A stretch of DNA of 64,000 nucleotides from Candidatus Harrysmithiimonas galli (GTDB lineage: Bacteria; Bacillota; Bacilli; CAJFEE01). The notes beneath the pieces were generated by a model that ran no database searches, was not told the origin of the DNA, and was given only the letters and a program-made list of their open reading frames with translations. Of the stretch, positions 1 through 11,556 are shown piece by piece (positions within the stretch are counted from its first letter, which is position 1; each line of letters opens with the position of its first letter). The stretch is taken from positions 33,229 to 97,228 of the forward strand of contig CAJFEE010000004.1 of assembly GCA_904373265.1 (NCBI GenBank), given 5' to 3'. A program made the translations under genes and the position numbers.

Positions 1-36
1 TATCATAGTTTTTTATATGTGTTGGAAATTTTTTGA

Positions 37-984
37 TTATTGATTTCTGTTTTTTACCTTTGGCAAAATTTTGGATAGGTCAACTTGTATTTTATTGTGC
101 CAAGTATCGGGATCGTCATATTCAAATTGCTCCAAATAGGCAATTACTGCATTGGTAATTGGCGTAGGTGTAGATGCACCTGCGGTAACGGCAACTGTTT
201 GTACGTTTTTTAGCCATTCAATTTGAATTTCTGAAACATCAGCGACACGATAGGCTTTGGTTTTGGCAATTTCTTCTGAGACTTGTGCCAGCCGATTGGA
301 ATTGTTGCTTTTTGGATCGCCGACAACAATTGTTAAATCAGCTTCACCGGCTTGGTTTGCAACAGCTTCTTGGCGCACCTGTGTTGCCATACAAATTTCC
401 TTTTGAAATTCAGCGTTTGGGTATTTTTCTTGAACAACCTTCATAATTTCGATTACATCCCATTGACTCATTGTTGTTTGATTGGTAACCAAGATTTTAT
501 CGGTTGGAATGGATAATTTTTGGACATCTTGGATATTTTCTACAAGATGGACGGTTTTCGGATCGATACCAATCGCACCTTCGGGTTCAGGATGATTTTT
601 CTTTCCAATATAAATGGTGTGATAGCCTTGTTGATTTTTTTCTTTAATTAAATCATGTGTTTTTAAAACATCTGGACAAGTGGCATCAATGATTTTCAAT
701 CCTTTTTCTTTTGCTTTTTGATAAACCTGTGGGGAGATGCCATGTGCCGTAAAGATAACGGTACCTTTATCTACATGGTTTAAAATGTCCATGCGATTTT
801 TTCCTTCTAATGTAATAATGCCTTCTTGTTCAAAGGCATCGGTCACATGCTTGTTGTGAACAATCATCCCCAAAATATAAATGGGTCTCGGTAAATCTTT
901 ATTCTTGGCGGCATTTCTTGCGATAACCATTGCATCAACTACACCGTAACAATATCCCCTTGGGGCAATTTTAATCACTTTCAT
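37..984 (-). CDS. ispH: 4-hydroxy-3-methylbut-2-enyl diphosphate reductase (IspH/LytB)
   Basis: ORF 37-1002, with the start moved to ATG 984 (GGAGG 8 nt upstream). Translation [15 protein letters not shown]... carries the three cluster Cys contexts (GYCYGV, ATCPDV, EICMAT) typical of LytB. Confidence 0.9.
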   Translation of the reverse strand: MKVIKIAPRGYCYGVVDAMVIARNAAKNKDLPRPIYILGMIVHNKHVTDAFEQEGIITLEGKNRMDILNHVDKGTVIFTAHGISPQVYQKAKEKGLKIIDATCPDVLKTHDLIKEKNQQGYHTIYIGKKNHPEPEGAIGIDPKTVHLVENIQDVQKLSIPTDKILVTNQTTMSQWDVIEIMKVVQEKYPNAEFQKEICMATQVRQEAVANQAGEADLTIVVGDPKSNNSNRLAQVSEEIAKTKAYRVADVSEIQIEWLKNVQTVAVTAGASTPTPITNAVIAYLEQFEYDDPDTWHNKIQVDLSKILPKVKNRNQ

Positions 985-1339
985 GATGGTATCCTCCGTC
1001 ATTTATCGAAAATTGTTGTATTTCCTTTAAGCGGTTTTCTTTTTTATTTTAATATACCAGATATATTTAGGAAAGGACGAAATCTGTTCAGATAATGAGT
1101 TCAAGAAATGCAAAAAAAGGGCTGGAATAAAATGAAAAAGGTTATCTTTGTATTGAACAAGCTTTTCTCCAGTGAGTCGTAAGCATATTGTAAAATTCCA
1201 CAATTTGTTTTAAACTTCTCGTTATATTCATATAGTTTATAGATGTAAATTGAATTTTTTAGATAAAAAGATCTTTGATTCAGACTTTTGGGTTTTGGTT
1301 TCATCTTTTCTTACATGGTTAAATTGTGTTTTTTTATTG

Positions 1340-1816
1340 TTATTTCTGTTTTTCGTTGTTGCTTTCCTCTTCATTTTCCACAATCACTGTGTCACGGCAG
1401 CCTTTTTGGGAAACAGTTGTAGTTTCTGCTACGGTTCCAACTGGAATTTTTCCACTATATAAAATGTTTGATTTCAATTTCGCACTATAAAAAGAATTGA
1501 TCTTTTCAAATCCATATTCACTTTCAATATCCGAAATGGTGTATTCTTTTATTTGTTGATAATATTTTGGTAATTTGTTGAGTGTTGGACCGAAATTTCG
1601 GATGATTGGTAGGGTTTTTCCATATACTTCCCCAATGGATTGGAAAACTTGTTCTAAATCACATAGATGAATCGTTTTCTTTTTTTCATTTTCTACTTGT
1701 GTTAACCAATCGGGGTTGGGAGTTTCATAAAAGTGTGAGGCATGATAAATGCGGTCTTCTCGAATTTCTTTTCTTAAATTGACAAAATGTCGATAGATTG
1801 GAGAGAAACTTTTCAT
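1340..1816 (-). CDS. YqfQ/VrrA-like protein of unknown function
   Basis: 158-aa ORF between ispH and the DEAD-box helicase, the same position as B. subtilis yqfQ. No catalytic motif recognised. Confidence 0.5.
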   Translation of the reverse strand: MKSFSPIYRHFVNLRKEIREDRIYHASHFYETPNPDWLTQVENEKKKTIHLCDLEQVFQSIGEVYGKTLPIIRNFGPTLNKLPKYYQQIKEYTISDIESEYGFEKINSFYSAKLKSNILYSGKIPVGTVAETTTVSQKGCRDTVIVENEEESNNEKQK

Positions 1817-1927
1817 TGCTTTTCCTCATTTCTGTAAAAATATTTTTCTTTCACTGGCTTTATGCATAAATAGAGAAAATATGTTAAAATAATACGATAA
1901 ATCATGGATGTTAAAGGAGTTTATCAA

Positions 1928-3235
1928 ATGGAACGTTTTCAATTTCACCTGGAAACAATGAAGGCACTTCAGAAAATGAAGTTTCAGAAACCGACAGAGA
2001 TTCAGCAAGCGGTGATTCCAGTTATACAGAAAGGCTTAAGCGTGATTGGGCAATCCAAAACTGGCTCAGGCAAAACACATGCATATTTGCTGCCAATTTT
2101 TGAAAAAATCAATACAGATATACAAAGTGTACAAGCTGTGATTATTACACCAACACGCGAGTTAGCCGATCAGATTTTTACTGCTTGCACACGATTAAAT
2201 CAAGAACGAACGAAACCTTTGGATATTCGAATTTATGTTGGTGGTTCCAATAAGCAAAAATCAATTATACAATTGAAAGTTCAGCCACAAATTGTAATTG
2301 GAACACCTGGTCGCATTCATGATTTAATTCGTTCCAATGATCTGAATGTACATAAAGCTGAGATTTTGGTGATTGATGAAGCGGATTTAATCTTTGATAT
2401 GGGATTTTTGTTTGATGTGGATCAAATTGCTAAAAGCATGCCGAAACAGTTGCAATTTTGTGTGTTTTCGGCAACAATTCCAGAAAAGTTGAAGCCATTT
2501 TTACGAAAATATATGGAAAATCCGATTCATGTTCATATTCGTTCTAATGTGCCGACCGTTGAAGAAATTACGCAATATTTGATTTATGAAAAAAGTCGAG
2601 AAAAGATTGATGTTTTATGTGATCTAATGCAGGTATTAAATCCTTATATTTGTATGATATTTACCAATACGAAAAAAAGTGCGGAGACATTAGAGATGGC
2701 ATTGGCTGAGCGTGGAATTCGTGTAGGAAAGATTCATGGAGATTTGGACGCACGTGAACGCAAGAGAGTGATGAAGCAAATTCGAGATTTGGCATATACA
2801 TACATTGTTGCTACTGACTTGGCAGCACGTGGTATTGATATTCCTGGTGTGTCTCATGTTATTAACTATGAACTACCACAAGATTTGGATTTTTATATTC
2901 ATCGAATTGGACGAACAGCACGTGCTGGTGCAGCTGGCGATGCGTTCAGCATTGTAAATTATTCAGACGAAGATCAGTTAAATCAACTGGAAAAGCGAAA
3001 TATTCCTTTGATGGTTGTTCAAGTGAAACAGGGAGAAATTCAAGTTGTCGGTCCAAGACATAAACGGAAATTACGAAAAAAAAATATGGATGAAGTTGAG
3101 CAAGTTTTAAAACAGCGCATCCAAAAGCCTAAAAAGGTGAAGCCAGGCTATAAAAAGAAATTGGAGCAAGAGCGTACACGTATGAAGCATAGGTTAAAAC
3201 GAAGTCAAAAATCGTCAGGAGGGAAAAAACGATGA
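1928..3235 (+). CDS. cshB: DEAD-box ATP-dependent RNA helicase (CshB-like)
   Basis: Start at ATG 1928 (AAGGAG upstream). Motifs: Q-motif FQKPTEIQ, Walker [20 protein letters not shown] (DEAD), [13 protein letters not shown]. Lys/Arg-rich tail. Confidence 0.9.
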   Translation: MERFQFHLETMKALQKMKFQKPTEIQQAVIPVIQKGLSVIGQSKTGSGKTHAYLLPIFEKINTDIQSVQAVIITPTRELADQIFTACTRLNQERTKPLDIRIYVGGSNKQKSIIQLKVQPQIVIGTPGRIHDLIRSNDLNVHKAEILVIDEADLIFDMGFLFDVDQIAKSMPKQLQFCVFSATIPEKLKPFLRKYMENPIHVHIRSNVPTVEEITQYLIYEKSREKIDVLCDLMQVLNPYICMIFTNTKKSAETLEMALAERGIRVGKIHGDLDARERKRVMKQIRDLAYTYIVATDLAARGIDIPGVSHVINYELPQDLDFYIHRIGRTARAGAAGDAFSIVNYSDEDQLNQLEKRNIPLMVVQVKQGEIQVVGPRHKRKLRKKNMDEVEQVLKQRIQKPKKVKPGYKKKLEQERTRMKHRLKRSQKSSGGKKR

Positions 3236-4125
3236 TAAAAATTGGTTCTCATGTATCTATGGGAGGAAAAAAAATGCTGCTTGGTGCAAGTGAGGAGGCT
3301 GCATCATATGGTGCCAATGTGTTTATGGTTTATACGGGTGCACCACAGAATACAAAACGTAGACCGATTGAAGAATTGAATATTGAAGCTGGGCATGCAC
3401 ATATGGAGGAAAATGGAATTTTAGAGCTGATTGTACATGCGCCATATATTATTAACATTGGAAATACAGAAAAGCCGGCAACTTTTAAGCTAGGTGTTGA
3501 TTTTTTGAAAATGGAAATTGAGCGTTCTGAAGCATTGGGCGCAAAGCAAATTGTTTTACATCCCGGCGCGCATGTGAAAGCTGGAGATGAAGCTGGTATT
3601 CAAAAAATTATTGAAGGACTGAATGAAGTTTTAACACATGAGCAAAAAATCCAAATTGCTTTAGAAACAATGGCAGGAAAAGGTACAGAAGTTGGTCGTA
3701 CTTTTGAGCAATTGGCTGCTATTATTGATGGTGTGGTACATAATGAGAAGTTATCAGTTTGCTTTGATACTTGCCATACACATGACGCAGGTTATGCAGT
3801 TTCTACTGATTTTGATTCAGTTCTCAATGAATTTGATAAAATCATCGGTATTGACCGACTCAAAGTATTACATATCAATGATAGCAAAAATGTTTTAGGT
3901 GCAAGAAAAGATCGACATGAAAATATTGGATTCGGTCATATTGGATTTGATGCACTGTATAGAATTGTTCATCACCCACAGTTGACAGATGTGCCAAAAA
4001 TTTTAGAGACGCCATATATTGGACTGGATAAGGCAATGCCGCCATATAAGCAAGAAATTGAAATGCTTCGTACAGGGTGTTTTGATTCAAACTGGATTAC
4101 TACCATACTACATCAAGAGCCATAA
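3232..4125 (+). CDS. nfo: Endonuclease IV (AP endonuclease family 2)
   Basis: 297 aa with [34 protein letters not shown] and HINDSKN motifs. The 4-nt ATGA overlap with cshB indicates translational coupling. Confidence 0.9.
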   Translation: MIKIGSHVSMGGKKMLLGASEEAASYGANVFMVYTGAPQNTKRRPIEELNIEAGHAHMEENGILELIVHAPYIINIGNTEKPATFKLGVDFLKMEIERSEALGAKQIVLHPGAHVKAGDEAGIQKIIEGLNEVLTHEQKIQIALETMAGKGTEVGRTFEQLAAIIDGVVHNEKLSVCFDTCHTHDAGYAVSTDFDSVLNEFDKIIGIDRLKVLHINDSKNVLGARKDRHENIGFGHIGFDALYRIVHHPQLTDVPKILETPYIGLDKAMPPYKQEIEMLRTGCFDSNWITTILHQEP

Positions 4126-4128
4126 ACT

Positions 4129-4491
4129 TTAACTAAAATAAAACAGGCAAGCGTATAACAACATTAGACTTGCGCCCATCCAGCAAAAAATATAATCACC
4201 CTGTTTTCGACAATATAGCCATTGCTCAGCACCACGGATGCTCCAAGTGACAAATTGAAGGAAGAAAACCAATGTGAAGCCATATGTATAAACGGCTTCA
4301 CTGTTTTTGTTTTGCCATAAAACGAGCAAAATGGATGGGATAAATAAAAGGAAAACCGTAAATTCAATTTGTTTAAAACCTAGATGTTCATGTGCATATA
4401 TCCAAGTTGTGGATGCTCTTTTACCAGTTAAGAATTTACGCAGTATAAATTCTGTAAATATATATGTGAGAAATAAATAGATGAGTATCAT
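4129..4491 (-). CDS. Small integral membrane protein (possibly DUF4181-like)
   Basis: 120-aa ORF with about 4 hydrophobic segments. The family assignment is only by general resemblance. Confidence 0.45.
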   Translation of the reverse strand: MILIYLFLTYIFTEFILRKFLTGKRASTTWIYAHEHLGFKQIEFTVFLLFIPSILLVLWQNKNSEAVYTYGFTLVFFLQFVTWSIRGAEQWLYCRKQGDYIFCWMGASLMLLYACLFYFS

Positions 4492-4669
4492 AATAAGATT
4501 CCCTCCTTATTTTCTATTCAATGCAGGTACAGCCAAAAAGGTGAACGAAATAAGGGAAGGGATCAAAAATAGCCTCGTTCATATATACCTTATCGGGCAG
4601 TGAAAGTTTTATTAAGTATATGGTTGATGAAAGGAAAAATATTTTGTTGGTTCATTATTTTAGCTGTAA

Positions 4670-4927
4670 TTAGGATAAATAAGTGAAGAATAATTCATTT
4701 AATTTACGCGCAACTTGTGGATTGGTAATTTGACTAATTTTTTTGAGCAATTCCAATCTTTCATTTGGATTGAAAATATTGATATTCTTTCCGTTTACGA
4801 GTGAAGCTGCTTTTTGTGCTTGATCTGGTGTCAGTGTTTCATCAATTTCTTTGGCATACTTCATTAAATCTTCTGGTTGAATTTGGTTTAATTTTTTTAA
4901 TACCATTTTTTGTTTTAGTGGATTCAT
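4670..4927 (-). CDS. YqfT-like small protein (DUF2624-type)
   Basis: Start at ATG 4927 (AAAGGAG upstream). 85 aa, MNPLKQKMVLKKLNQIQPEDLMKYAKE.... Position matches B. subtilis yqfT. Confidence 0.5.
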   Translation of the reverse strand: MNPLKQKMVLKKLNQIQPEDLMKYAKEIDETLTPDQAQKAASLVNGKNINIFNPNERLELLKKISQITNPQVARKLNELFFTYLS

Positions 4928-5487
4928 TTGGATGGCTCCTTTCAAATGGGATTCAGTTTATTTGTATGAAAAATTGAATGGGTTATGACAAAACCGTTTT
5001 AAAAATCTAGATGGTATTTTCGGGATTTGATATAAACAATGCAATAAAGTAGCGAAGATAGAGTAACAGTTGATAAACTTTATGGAAAAGAGTGGTTTTT
5101 TGGATGTATATATTGAAAATATTGCTTTATTAAATGTTGTGAGGGACATAGTTTGGGTATGATTGTGCCTGTTATTCTGTTCAAGTGCATCTATTAGATA
5201 TAAAAATTATTTATAAATAATAAATATATAATAAAAAATATAAATATCTTATAATAATTATTTTATTTTTTTGTTATAATATTATCTAAATTCATATGAA
5301 AATTATATATTATTTTTATGTGAATATTAATAAAATAAAAAAATAGACGAAACTGAAATAGAGTGGCATTACAATCATGGTTATGAACAATAGAACGTAA
5401 ATCGCATTTCACAAATAAAGTCGGCTTATGATAGAATGGTAGTGCAGCATGAAATCAGAAGATTACAAATGAAAGGTGGGGGAATAT

Positions 5488-6360
5488 ATGCAGCATAAGA
5501 AAGAGAAAATCAGAAAAATTATTTTTCGCGGAATTATGATTACCATTGGATCATTTTTAGCAGCATTGTCCATTCAAGGATTCTTGGTTCCTAACGGGAT
5601 TATTGATGGGGGTGTGATCGGGGTCAGCTTAATTTTAAATACAGTTTTAGGCGATGTTTCTCCAATTTTTTCCTTTGGAGTTTTGGTGGTCTTATTAAAT
5701 CTTCCATTTATGTATTCTGGGTATAAACAGATTGGGAAAACTTTTGTACTATCCAGCTTATATGGAATTATTATGCTGTCTGTATTTGAAACGGCAATGC
5801 ATAGTTTACATGGATTTACTGAGGAACCGATTTTGGCGGTTGTGTTTGGTGGTCTTGTACTTGGTGTTGGTGTCGGATTGGTGATCCGATATGGTGGTGC
5901 GTTGGACGGAACCGAAATTTTCGGGATTATTATGACGAAAAAAATGCCGTTTTCTGTTGGTGAAGTTGTCATGGTGATCAATGTTTTTATTTTCAGTGTG
6001 GCTGCATTTGTTTACGGCTATGAAAATGCGATGTACTCAGTGATGATGTACTATCTTGCTTTTAAAACGATTGATACGGTTACACAAGGTTTGGATGAAA
6101 CAAAGGCTGTATTTATTGTATCGGATAAGCATGAGGAACTTTCAGCTGCCATTCAGGCACGTTTGGGGCGAGGAACAACGTTGATTCGTGCACGCGGTGG
6201 TTATGCGTTGCAAGAAAAAGATATGATTTATTGTATTGTGAACCGCCTTGAGGTAACAAAACTGAAAAATGTTGTCTATGATATTGATGAGGCAGCATTT
6301 GTTACAATTATGAATACACAAGAGACACGCGGTGGAAAATTTAAATCTGCCATTCATTAA
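5488..6360 (+). CDS. YitT-family membrane protein with C-terminal DUF2179 (YqfU-like)
   Basis: Start at ATG 5488 after AAAGGTGGGGG. Has multiple TM helices, and the C-terminal [25 protein letters not shown] is typical of UPF0750/YitT. Confidence 0.8.
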   Translation: MQHKKEKIRKIIFRGIMITIGSFLAALSIQGFLVPNGIIDGGVIGVSLILNTVLGDVSPIFSFGVLVVLLNLPFMYSGYKQIGKTFVLSSLYGIIMLSVFETAMHSLHGFTEEPILAVVFGGLVLGVGVGLVIRYGGALDGTEIFGIIMTKKMPFSVGEVVMVINVFIFSVAAFVYGYENAMYSVMMYYLAFKTIDTVTQGLDETKAVFIVSDKHEELSAAIQARLGRGTTLIRARGGYALQEKDMIYCIVNRLEVTKLKNVVYDIDEAAFVTIMNTQETRGGKFKSAIH

Positions 6361-6566
6361 TTGAAAAGACAGATGCCACTTAAATGGAACCCTATAAAAG
6401 AAAATATGGTTTAGACACAAAAAAGTGCTGTAGAAACATGGTTTGGGATTACTTTTATTATCTTAAATCATTGATCATAGATGGGTTATTGGTTTATTTT
6501 TGAATAATCCTTGTTATAATGAATGATGTTTGTATTTTAAGTGTTTCAACCAGCTTAATTTTTTCA

Positions 6567-6626
6567 AATCAATTGATCTTCTGTTTGGATAAATGTGAAT
6601 CAAACAGAAGATCAATTGATTTTTCT
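6567..6626. terminator. Bidirectional rho-independent terminator between convergent genes
   Basis: Perfect 22-bp inverted repeat, aaatcaattgatcttctgtttg / caaacagaagatcaattgattt, flanked by T/A runs on both strands. Confidence 0.75.
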
Positions 6627-6747
6627 TACTGAAAGTATTGTTTTTTGTTAAGTGATACTGATAAAAAAGTGAATCCAATGATTACAATTTTTGCTTTTTA
6701 TTTTTAAAAATATACTAAAGTACATTATAATATATTTATTTTACGTT

Positions 6748-7842
6748 TTATTGAAATTTTCCAGTTTTTTTATATTGATTGACCATTTCTAAAATCTCAG
6801 TTTGCAAAGTTTCAAATAATTGTGCTTCCGGTACTTTCCGAACAATTTCTCCATGTTTAAATAAAAGTCCTTCTTTTCTGGCACCAGCAATTCCGATGTC
6901 AGCTTCTCGTGCTTCTCCTGGACCATTTACTGCACAACCAAGTACTGCTACTTTAATTGGTACATCGAGTTCAGCAATAAAATCTTCAACTTGTTTGGCA
7001 AGAGAAATTAAATCAATTTCAATACGTCCACAAGTCGGGCAAGAGATTAAAGTGGCATCTCGAGAGGAAAGTCCGAAATTTTTAAGCAGGGCACGTGCAA
7101 CTTTAATTTCTTCAATTGGATCTGCACTAAGGGAGATGCGCATTGTACTGCCAATTCCTTGATGAATTAGTACACCCAGTCCAGCTGCACTTTTAATGGT
7201 TCCAGAAAATAAAGTTCCGGATTCTGTAATTCCTAAATGCAGCGGATAGGAAAAGGCATGTGCTGCTTTTTCATAAGCTTCGATTGCCAAATTAATGTCA
7301 GATGCTTTCATGGAAACAATGATGTCATAAAAGTGAAGTGCTTCTAAAATTTGAATATGATGTAAAGCACTTTCTACCATTCCATCTGCCGTTGGATATC
7401 CGTATTTTTCCAGAATGTGTTTTTCTAAGGATCCGGCGTTCACACCAATGCGAATCGGAATACCTTTTTCTTGTGCAGCGGAAACAACGGCTTGCACTTT
7501 TTCTTTTTTGCCGATGTTTCCCGGATTGATTCGAATTTTATCAATACCTTGGTTAATTGCCTCCAGTGCCAATCGATAATCAAAATGGATATCTGCAACA
7601 AGTGGAATATGAATTTGTTTTTTGATGCTGCCAATGGCCTGAGCAGCTTTCATATCGGGTACAGCAACACGTACAAGCTGACAACCGGCCGCTTCCAATC
7701 TCAAAATTTGTTCAACGGTTTCTTTGATATTTTGTGTTTTAGTCGTTGTCATGCTCTGAATCAGAATTTCATTATTTCCTCCGATTGTTAATGTGCCAAC
7801 TTGAACGGGTCGTGTATTTTTTCGGTGTGTTATGGTCTCCAC
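6748..7842 (-). CDS. ispG: 4-hydroxy-3-methylbut-2-en-1-yl diphosphate synthase (IspG/GcpE)
   Basis: 364 aa starting at GTG after GGAGG. TIM-barrel N-terminal domain, and a C-terminal domain with the CPTCGR...GCAVNGPGE cluster motif. Confidence 0.9.
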   Translation of the reverse strand: METITHRKNTRPVQVGTLTIGGNNEILIQSMTTTKTQNIKETVEQILRLEAAGCQLVRVAVPDMKAAQAIGSIKKQIHIPLVADIHFDYRLALEAINQGIDKIRINPGNIGKKEKVQAVVSAAQEKGIPIRIGVNAGSLEKHILEKYGYPTADGMVESALHHIQILEALHFYDIIVSMKASDINLAIEAYEKAAHAFSYPLHLGITESGTLFSGTIKSAAGLGVLIHQGIGSTMRISLSADPIEEIKVARALLKNFGLSSRDATLISCPTCGRIEIDLISLAKQVEDFIAELDVPIKVAVLGCAVNGPGEAREADIGIAGARKEGLLFKHGEIVRKVPEAQLFETLQTEILEMVNQYKKTGKFQ

Positions 7843-8034
7843 AGTTAAACCTCCACATTTTCAAGATGAATTTTTCATTTTATTGTAACAGGATTTTTTT
7901 GTATCTGGCAATGAAAGCCATTTAAGATTTTTCATTTTTGGCTGGATCAGGTATGTTTTTGGCATAAACCATTCAAAGAAAGAATGGATTTCCAGTTTCG
8001 GATTGTGTTTGATAATTGGTCTTTCAAAAAAAGG

Positions 8035-8385
8035 TTAATCTTCATAAATCGGAATTTTATATACCTGTCCAATTTGAATATTTGCAGCATTGACAGTTGG
8101 ATTGAGTGTTTCAAAATCTGTAATGATTTTTTCAATTGCAACGGTATGATGAGAATCTTTTGCAAGATGTTCATAAATTGAGAGTACGGTATCGCCTGGC
8201 TGTACACGCCATTCAATATAGGAAATGGTGTTATCAATTGTTTTTGTATGATCTTCTGGTTTGGATGGTAGCGATCCTTTAGTTATATCATGATAAATTG
8301 TAAATAAAAAAAACATAAAAAAAAGAACAGTCAGTAATCTTTTCAAAATAAATCCTCCAATGCATGAAATATGATATTTACTCAT
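8035..8385 (-). CDS. Membrane-anchored LysM-domain protein (YqfZ-like)
   Basis: N-terminal TM segment, then a LysM-like VQPGDTVLSIYEHL...IQIGQVYKIP. Confidence 0.6.
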   Translation of the reverse strand: MSKYHISCIGGFILKRLLTVLFFMFFLFTIYHDITKGSLPSKPEDHTKTIDNTISYIEWRVQPGDTVLSIYEHLAKDSHHTVAIEKIITDFETLNPTVNAANIQIGQVYKIPIYED

Positions 8386-8421
8386 GTATTAGAGGCTGAT
8401 AGAATGAATTCCTGTTTTTTC

Positions 8422-9180
8422 TTATTTTCTTGGAAATTCCTTTATGATTTGATAAATGATGAAAATGGCACTACCCCAGAAAACAAATGTTCCAAAAGGA
8501 ACCGTTAAGTGAAGTAAGTTCATAATGGTAAAGAAAACTGTTGGAATAACAAGGGCACATGGACTGACTGACCAGATCTCTTGATAGCTTCCGATGTATT
8601 TTTCCTGTTTGACAAAGATATAGCCAAAAAAGCTCACTAAGAAAATTTGTACAATGAGCATGATCAGATGGCTAATAAAAAACAAAAATAGATATAGTCC
8701 TTGAATCAAATATACGTTTTGCTCAAACACATCCATTATACTGATCAGATTATCTTTTGTAAAAGTTAATGCCATATCTTCATATTTCGCTTCAAAGTAT
8801 TGATTTTCAATTTTGAGAACAACTTTGTCTTTTAAAATTTCAAGTTCAGGCAGTGTGGTTTTCATGGGTGTGTCAGCTTCGGTTTGCTCCGGTGACAGTT
8901 TAATCGTAATTTTATCGGTTGAAATGATACGTTCTTCGATTTGTTCGGTTGTCAAAAGCCCATTTTCAATTTGAAATTCAGGAAGTACTTTTCTCAATTG
9001 TGGAATGAGTTCCCTCTGAATTTCGTTTATCGTATCCTGAGTTTGGAAAAATGTTGGTATAGATGCGATAAAGTTTAACAAAATAATAAAAACAAAAGCT
9101 TGAAATAAATTTTGCTTGCGGTATTTTGCCATGTTTTGTACAGAATATAAACTATCTATAAATTGTTTGATACTATGCAT
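8422..9180 (-). CDS. DUF1189-family membrane protein
   Basis: The N-terminus MHSIKQFIDSLYS...MAKYRKQ resembles DUF1189 (YvdJ/YqgB type) and is followed by several TM helices. Start chosen at ATG 9180. Confidence 0.55.
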   Translation of the reverse strand: MHSIKQFIDSLYSVQNMAKYRKQNLFQAFVFIILLNFIASIPTFFQTQDTINEIQRELIPQLRKVLPEFQIENGLLTTEQIEERIISTDKITIKLSPEQTEADTPMKTTLPELEILKDKVVLKIENQYFEAKYEDMALTFTKDNLISIMDVFEQNVYLIQGLYLFLFFISHLIMLIVQIFLVSFFGYIFVKQEKYIGSYQEIWSVSPCALVIPTVFFTIMNLLHLTVPFGTFVFWGSAIFIIYQIIKEFPRK

Positions 9181-9772
9181 GTTCTCATCCTTTATTTTCA
9201 AGTTTTATAACTGTATTGTATCCCAAAATCTGAAAACTGTATGCTGTTTTTTTATTGAAGAAAATTTGTCTATTGATTTCTTAAAAAACAGATATTTATA
9301 GAGAGGAATGAAATGGGTTCTGTTCCGTTAATTTTTATGAAAAATTATGTAAAATTTTGTAAAAAAATCGCTTGCATATTTACCAGAGATATTTTGGGTG
9401 GGTATCTGTTCTGGTACATGTTTAGATTAACTAATATTTTGAAAACAAAAATAAAGGTTTCAGAACCGATGAACAAATGAAATTGTGATAACTGATCTAA
9501 TTTATTTTGTTGGGATTTTTTCTCTCTATTCATTTTGTGCTTTTATGATAAAATCATCATTAGCAAATTGATATTAAAAATATGAAATTTTATTTTTTTC
9601 AACTATTCTTTCTTGAATATAGTGAGAATCATTTTCTTTTTAAAAATGGGAAGCTCGATGTAAATTTTGTGTAACTTTTGTAAAAAAATATAGGAAAAAT
9701 ATGTCAGAATTTGTTATGATTTATTCGGCATGTAAAAATTTGAAAATAATTTAAAGATAGGAGTTCGAATAA

Positions 9773-11404
9773 ATGGAAATTGAATGGCAATCAATGCTTT
9801 TCCAATTTGCTGGAGGTTTGGGGATCTTTCTTTTGGGAATTAAGTACATGGGGGAAGGATTGCAAAAGTCTGCCGGGAACCGCCTAAGAGATATTTTACA
9901 TACGTTTACCTCTACACCGATTCGGGCCGTTTTTGCAGGAATTTTGGTCACGGCATTGATTCAAAGCAGCTCTGGAACAACAGTCATTACAGTTGGACTT
10001 GTCAATGCTGGCTTTATTGGATTACGGCAAGCAATTGGAATTATTATGGGAGCGAATATTGGAACAACTGTTACCGCTTTTATTATCGGGGTAGATATCG
10101 CAGAGTATGCATTGCCAATTTTAGCTGTTGGTGCGCTATTGTTATTTTTCTTCACCAATAAAAGAATTCAGTATATTGGTCAGTTTTTATTTGGCTTTGG
10201 TGCGTTGTTTTACGGTTTAGAGTTGATGGGAGCAGGAATGGCACCGCTTCAAAAATTGGAAGCTTTTCAAACCTTAATGATAACGATGAGTGATAATTCA
10301 TTGCTTGCGGTTTTTGTTGGTGTAATTTTTACCATGTTGGTCCAAAGCTCCAGTGCAACGATCGGAGTTTTGCAGGAATTATTTGCACAAGGTGCACTGC
10401 CGCTTCAAGGTGCATTACCAGTCTTGTTTGGAGATAATATTGGAACAACGATTACAGCTTTATTGGCATCAATTGGAACAACGATTGCAGCAAGAAGAGC
10501 GGCGTTTACGCATGCATTGTTTAATATTATCGGTGCGATTATATTTTTACTCTTGCTCTCACCCTATATGGCTTTTGTGGAGTGGCTGCAAACGGTATTA
10601 AACTTGGATCCAAAAATGACTATTGCCTTTGCGCATGGTTCTTTTAATATTACCAATGTTTTAATCCAGTTGCCGTTTATCAGTGTGCTGGCTTATATTG
10701 TAACGAAAATGATTCCGGGTGAGGAACGCGTAATTGATACAAATTTAAATTTATTGGATACGAATTTTATTCAACAATCACCTGCGATTGCATTAACGCA
10801 GGCAAAAGAAGCAGTTATTAAGATGAGCGGTCTGGCTGCTGAGGCAGTTCGTGAGGCAAAAGGCTATACATTTACACAGCAGCAAAATCATATGGACTAT
10901 GTGCTTTCATTAGAAAGTGCAATTGACAGCTTTGATCATAAGATAACCGATTATCTTGTGAAGGTATCTTCAGCCAATTTATCAGTACCAGAATCTGAAA
11001 GTTTGCAGCGGTATATGAATGTTGTAAAGGATTATGAACGTATTGGTGATCACTTGGAAAATATCGTGGAGCTTGTTGAGGAGCACAAATCGAGTAAATT
11101 TCATTTATCAGAAGGTGCATTGCGGGATTTAGAAGAAATGTTTTCTGTTGTGCTGGAAATTGTTGAGCTATCTTCTCAAGCCTTTGAGGAAAAAGATGAA
11201 GAAAAAGCTTTACGTATTATGCAATTAGAAGGAACTGTTGATGAAATGGAGCGCTTTTTCCGTAAAAAACATATTCAGCGTATGAGTGAAGGGGCTTGCT
11301 ATTCCAATGCGGGAATTATATTTGTTGATATTTTAAGCAATTTGGAAAGAATTTCAGATCATTGTGTAAATATTGCAGAGGTTGTGCTAGGTAAAAGAGG
11401 ATAA
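9773..11404 (+). CDS. Na+/phosphate cotransporter family protein with C-terminal PhoU-like repeats
   Basis: 543 aa with duplicated QSSSGTT / QSSSATI Na/Pi-cotransporter motifs. The C-terminal helical region has ERIGDHLENI and ERISDHCVNIAE (PhoU-type). Confidence 0.85.
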   Translation: MEIEWQSMLFQFAGGLGIFLLGIKYMGEGLQKSAGNRLRDILHTFTSTPIRAVFAGILVTALIQSSSGTTVITVGLVNAGFIGLRQAIGIIMGANIGTTVTAFIIGVDIAEYALPILAVGALLLFFFTNKRIQYIGQFLFGFGALFYGLELMGAGMAPLQKLEAFQTLMITMSDNSLLAVFVGVIFTMLVQSSSATIGVLQELFAQGALPLQGALPVLFGDNIGTTITALLASIGTTIAARRAAFTHALFNIIGAIIFLLLLSPYMAFVEWLQTVLNLDPKMTIAFAHGSFNITNVLIQLPFISVLAYIVTKMIPGEERVIDTNLNLLDTNFIQQSPAIALTQAKEAVIKMSGLAAEAVREAKGYTFTQQQNHMDYVLSLESAIDSFDHKITDYLVKVSSANLSVPESESLQRYMNVVKDYERIGDHLENIVELVEEHKSSKFHLSEGALRDLEEMFSVVLEIVELSSQAFEEKDEEKALRIMQLEGTVDEMERFFRKKHIQRMSEGACYSNAGIIFVDILSNLERISDHCVNIAEVVLGKRG

Positions 11405-11556
11405 AAGCTTTATAGAGGCAATGAAAAGGCTGCTTAAAATCAAGTTTTTTTGATTTTAAGCAGCCTTTTCAATTTTTTTGATAAGAACCATATACTTTCG
11501 TTTTTGTTCATCTTTTTACTTTGTATAATATCCAAATGATCTATGTATTTAAATAT

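Noticed and set aside
1101-1462. Two overlapping 67-70-aa ORFs between ispH and the yqfQ-like gene
   Set aside because: They are mutually antisense, Phe/Leu-rich and lack an RBS, and one overlaps the yqfQ-like 3' end. They are most likely intergenic or terminator DNA.
5574-5981. Long antisense or overlapping ORFs inside confirmed genes (for example 5574-5981, 6779-7162, 7471-7791, 11735-12064, 16423-16815, 24581-24940, 43294-43653, 56240-56512)
   Set aside because: Each lies entirely within a longer opposite-strand or alternative-frame ORF that has clear family motifs. These are shadow ORFs with skewed composition.
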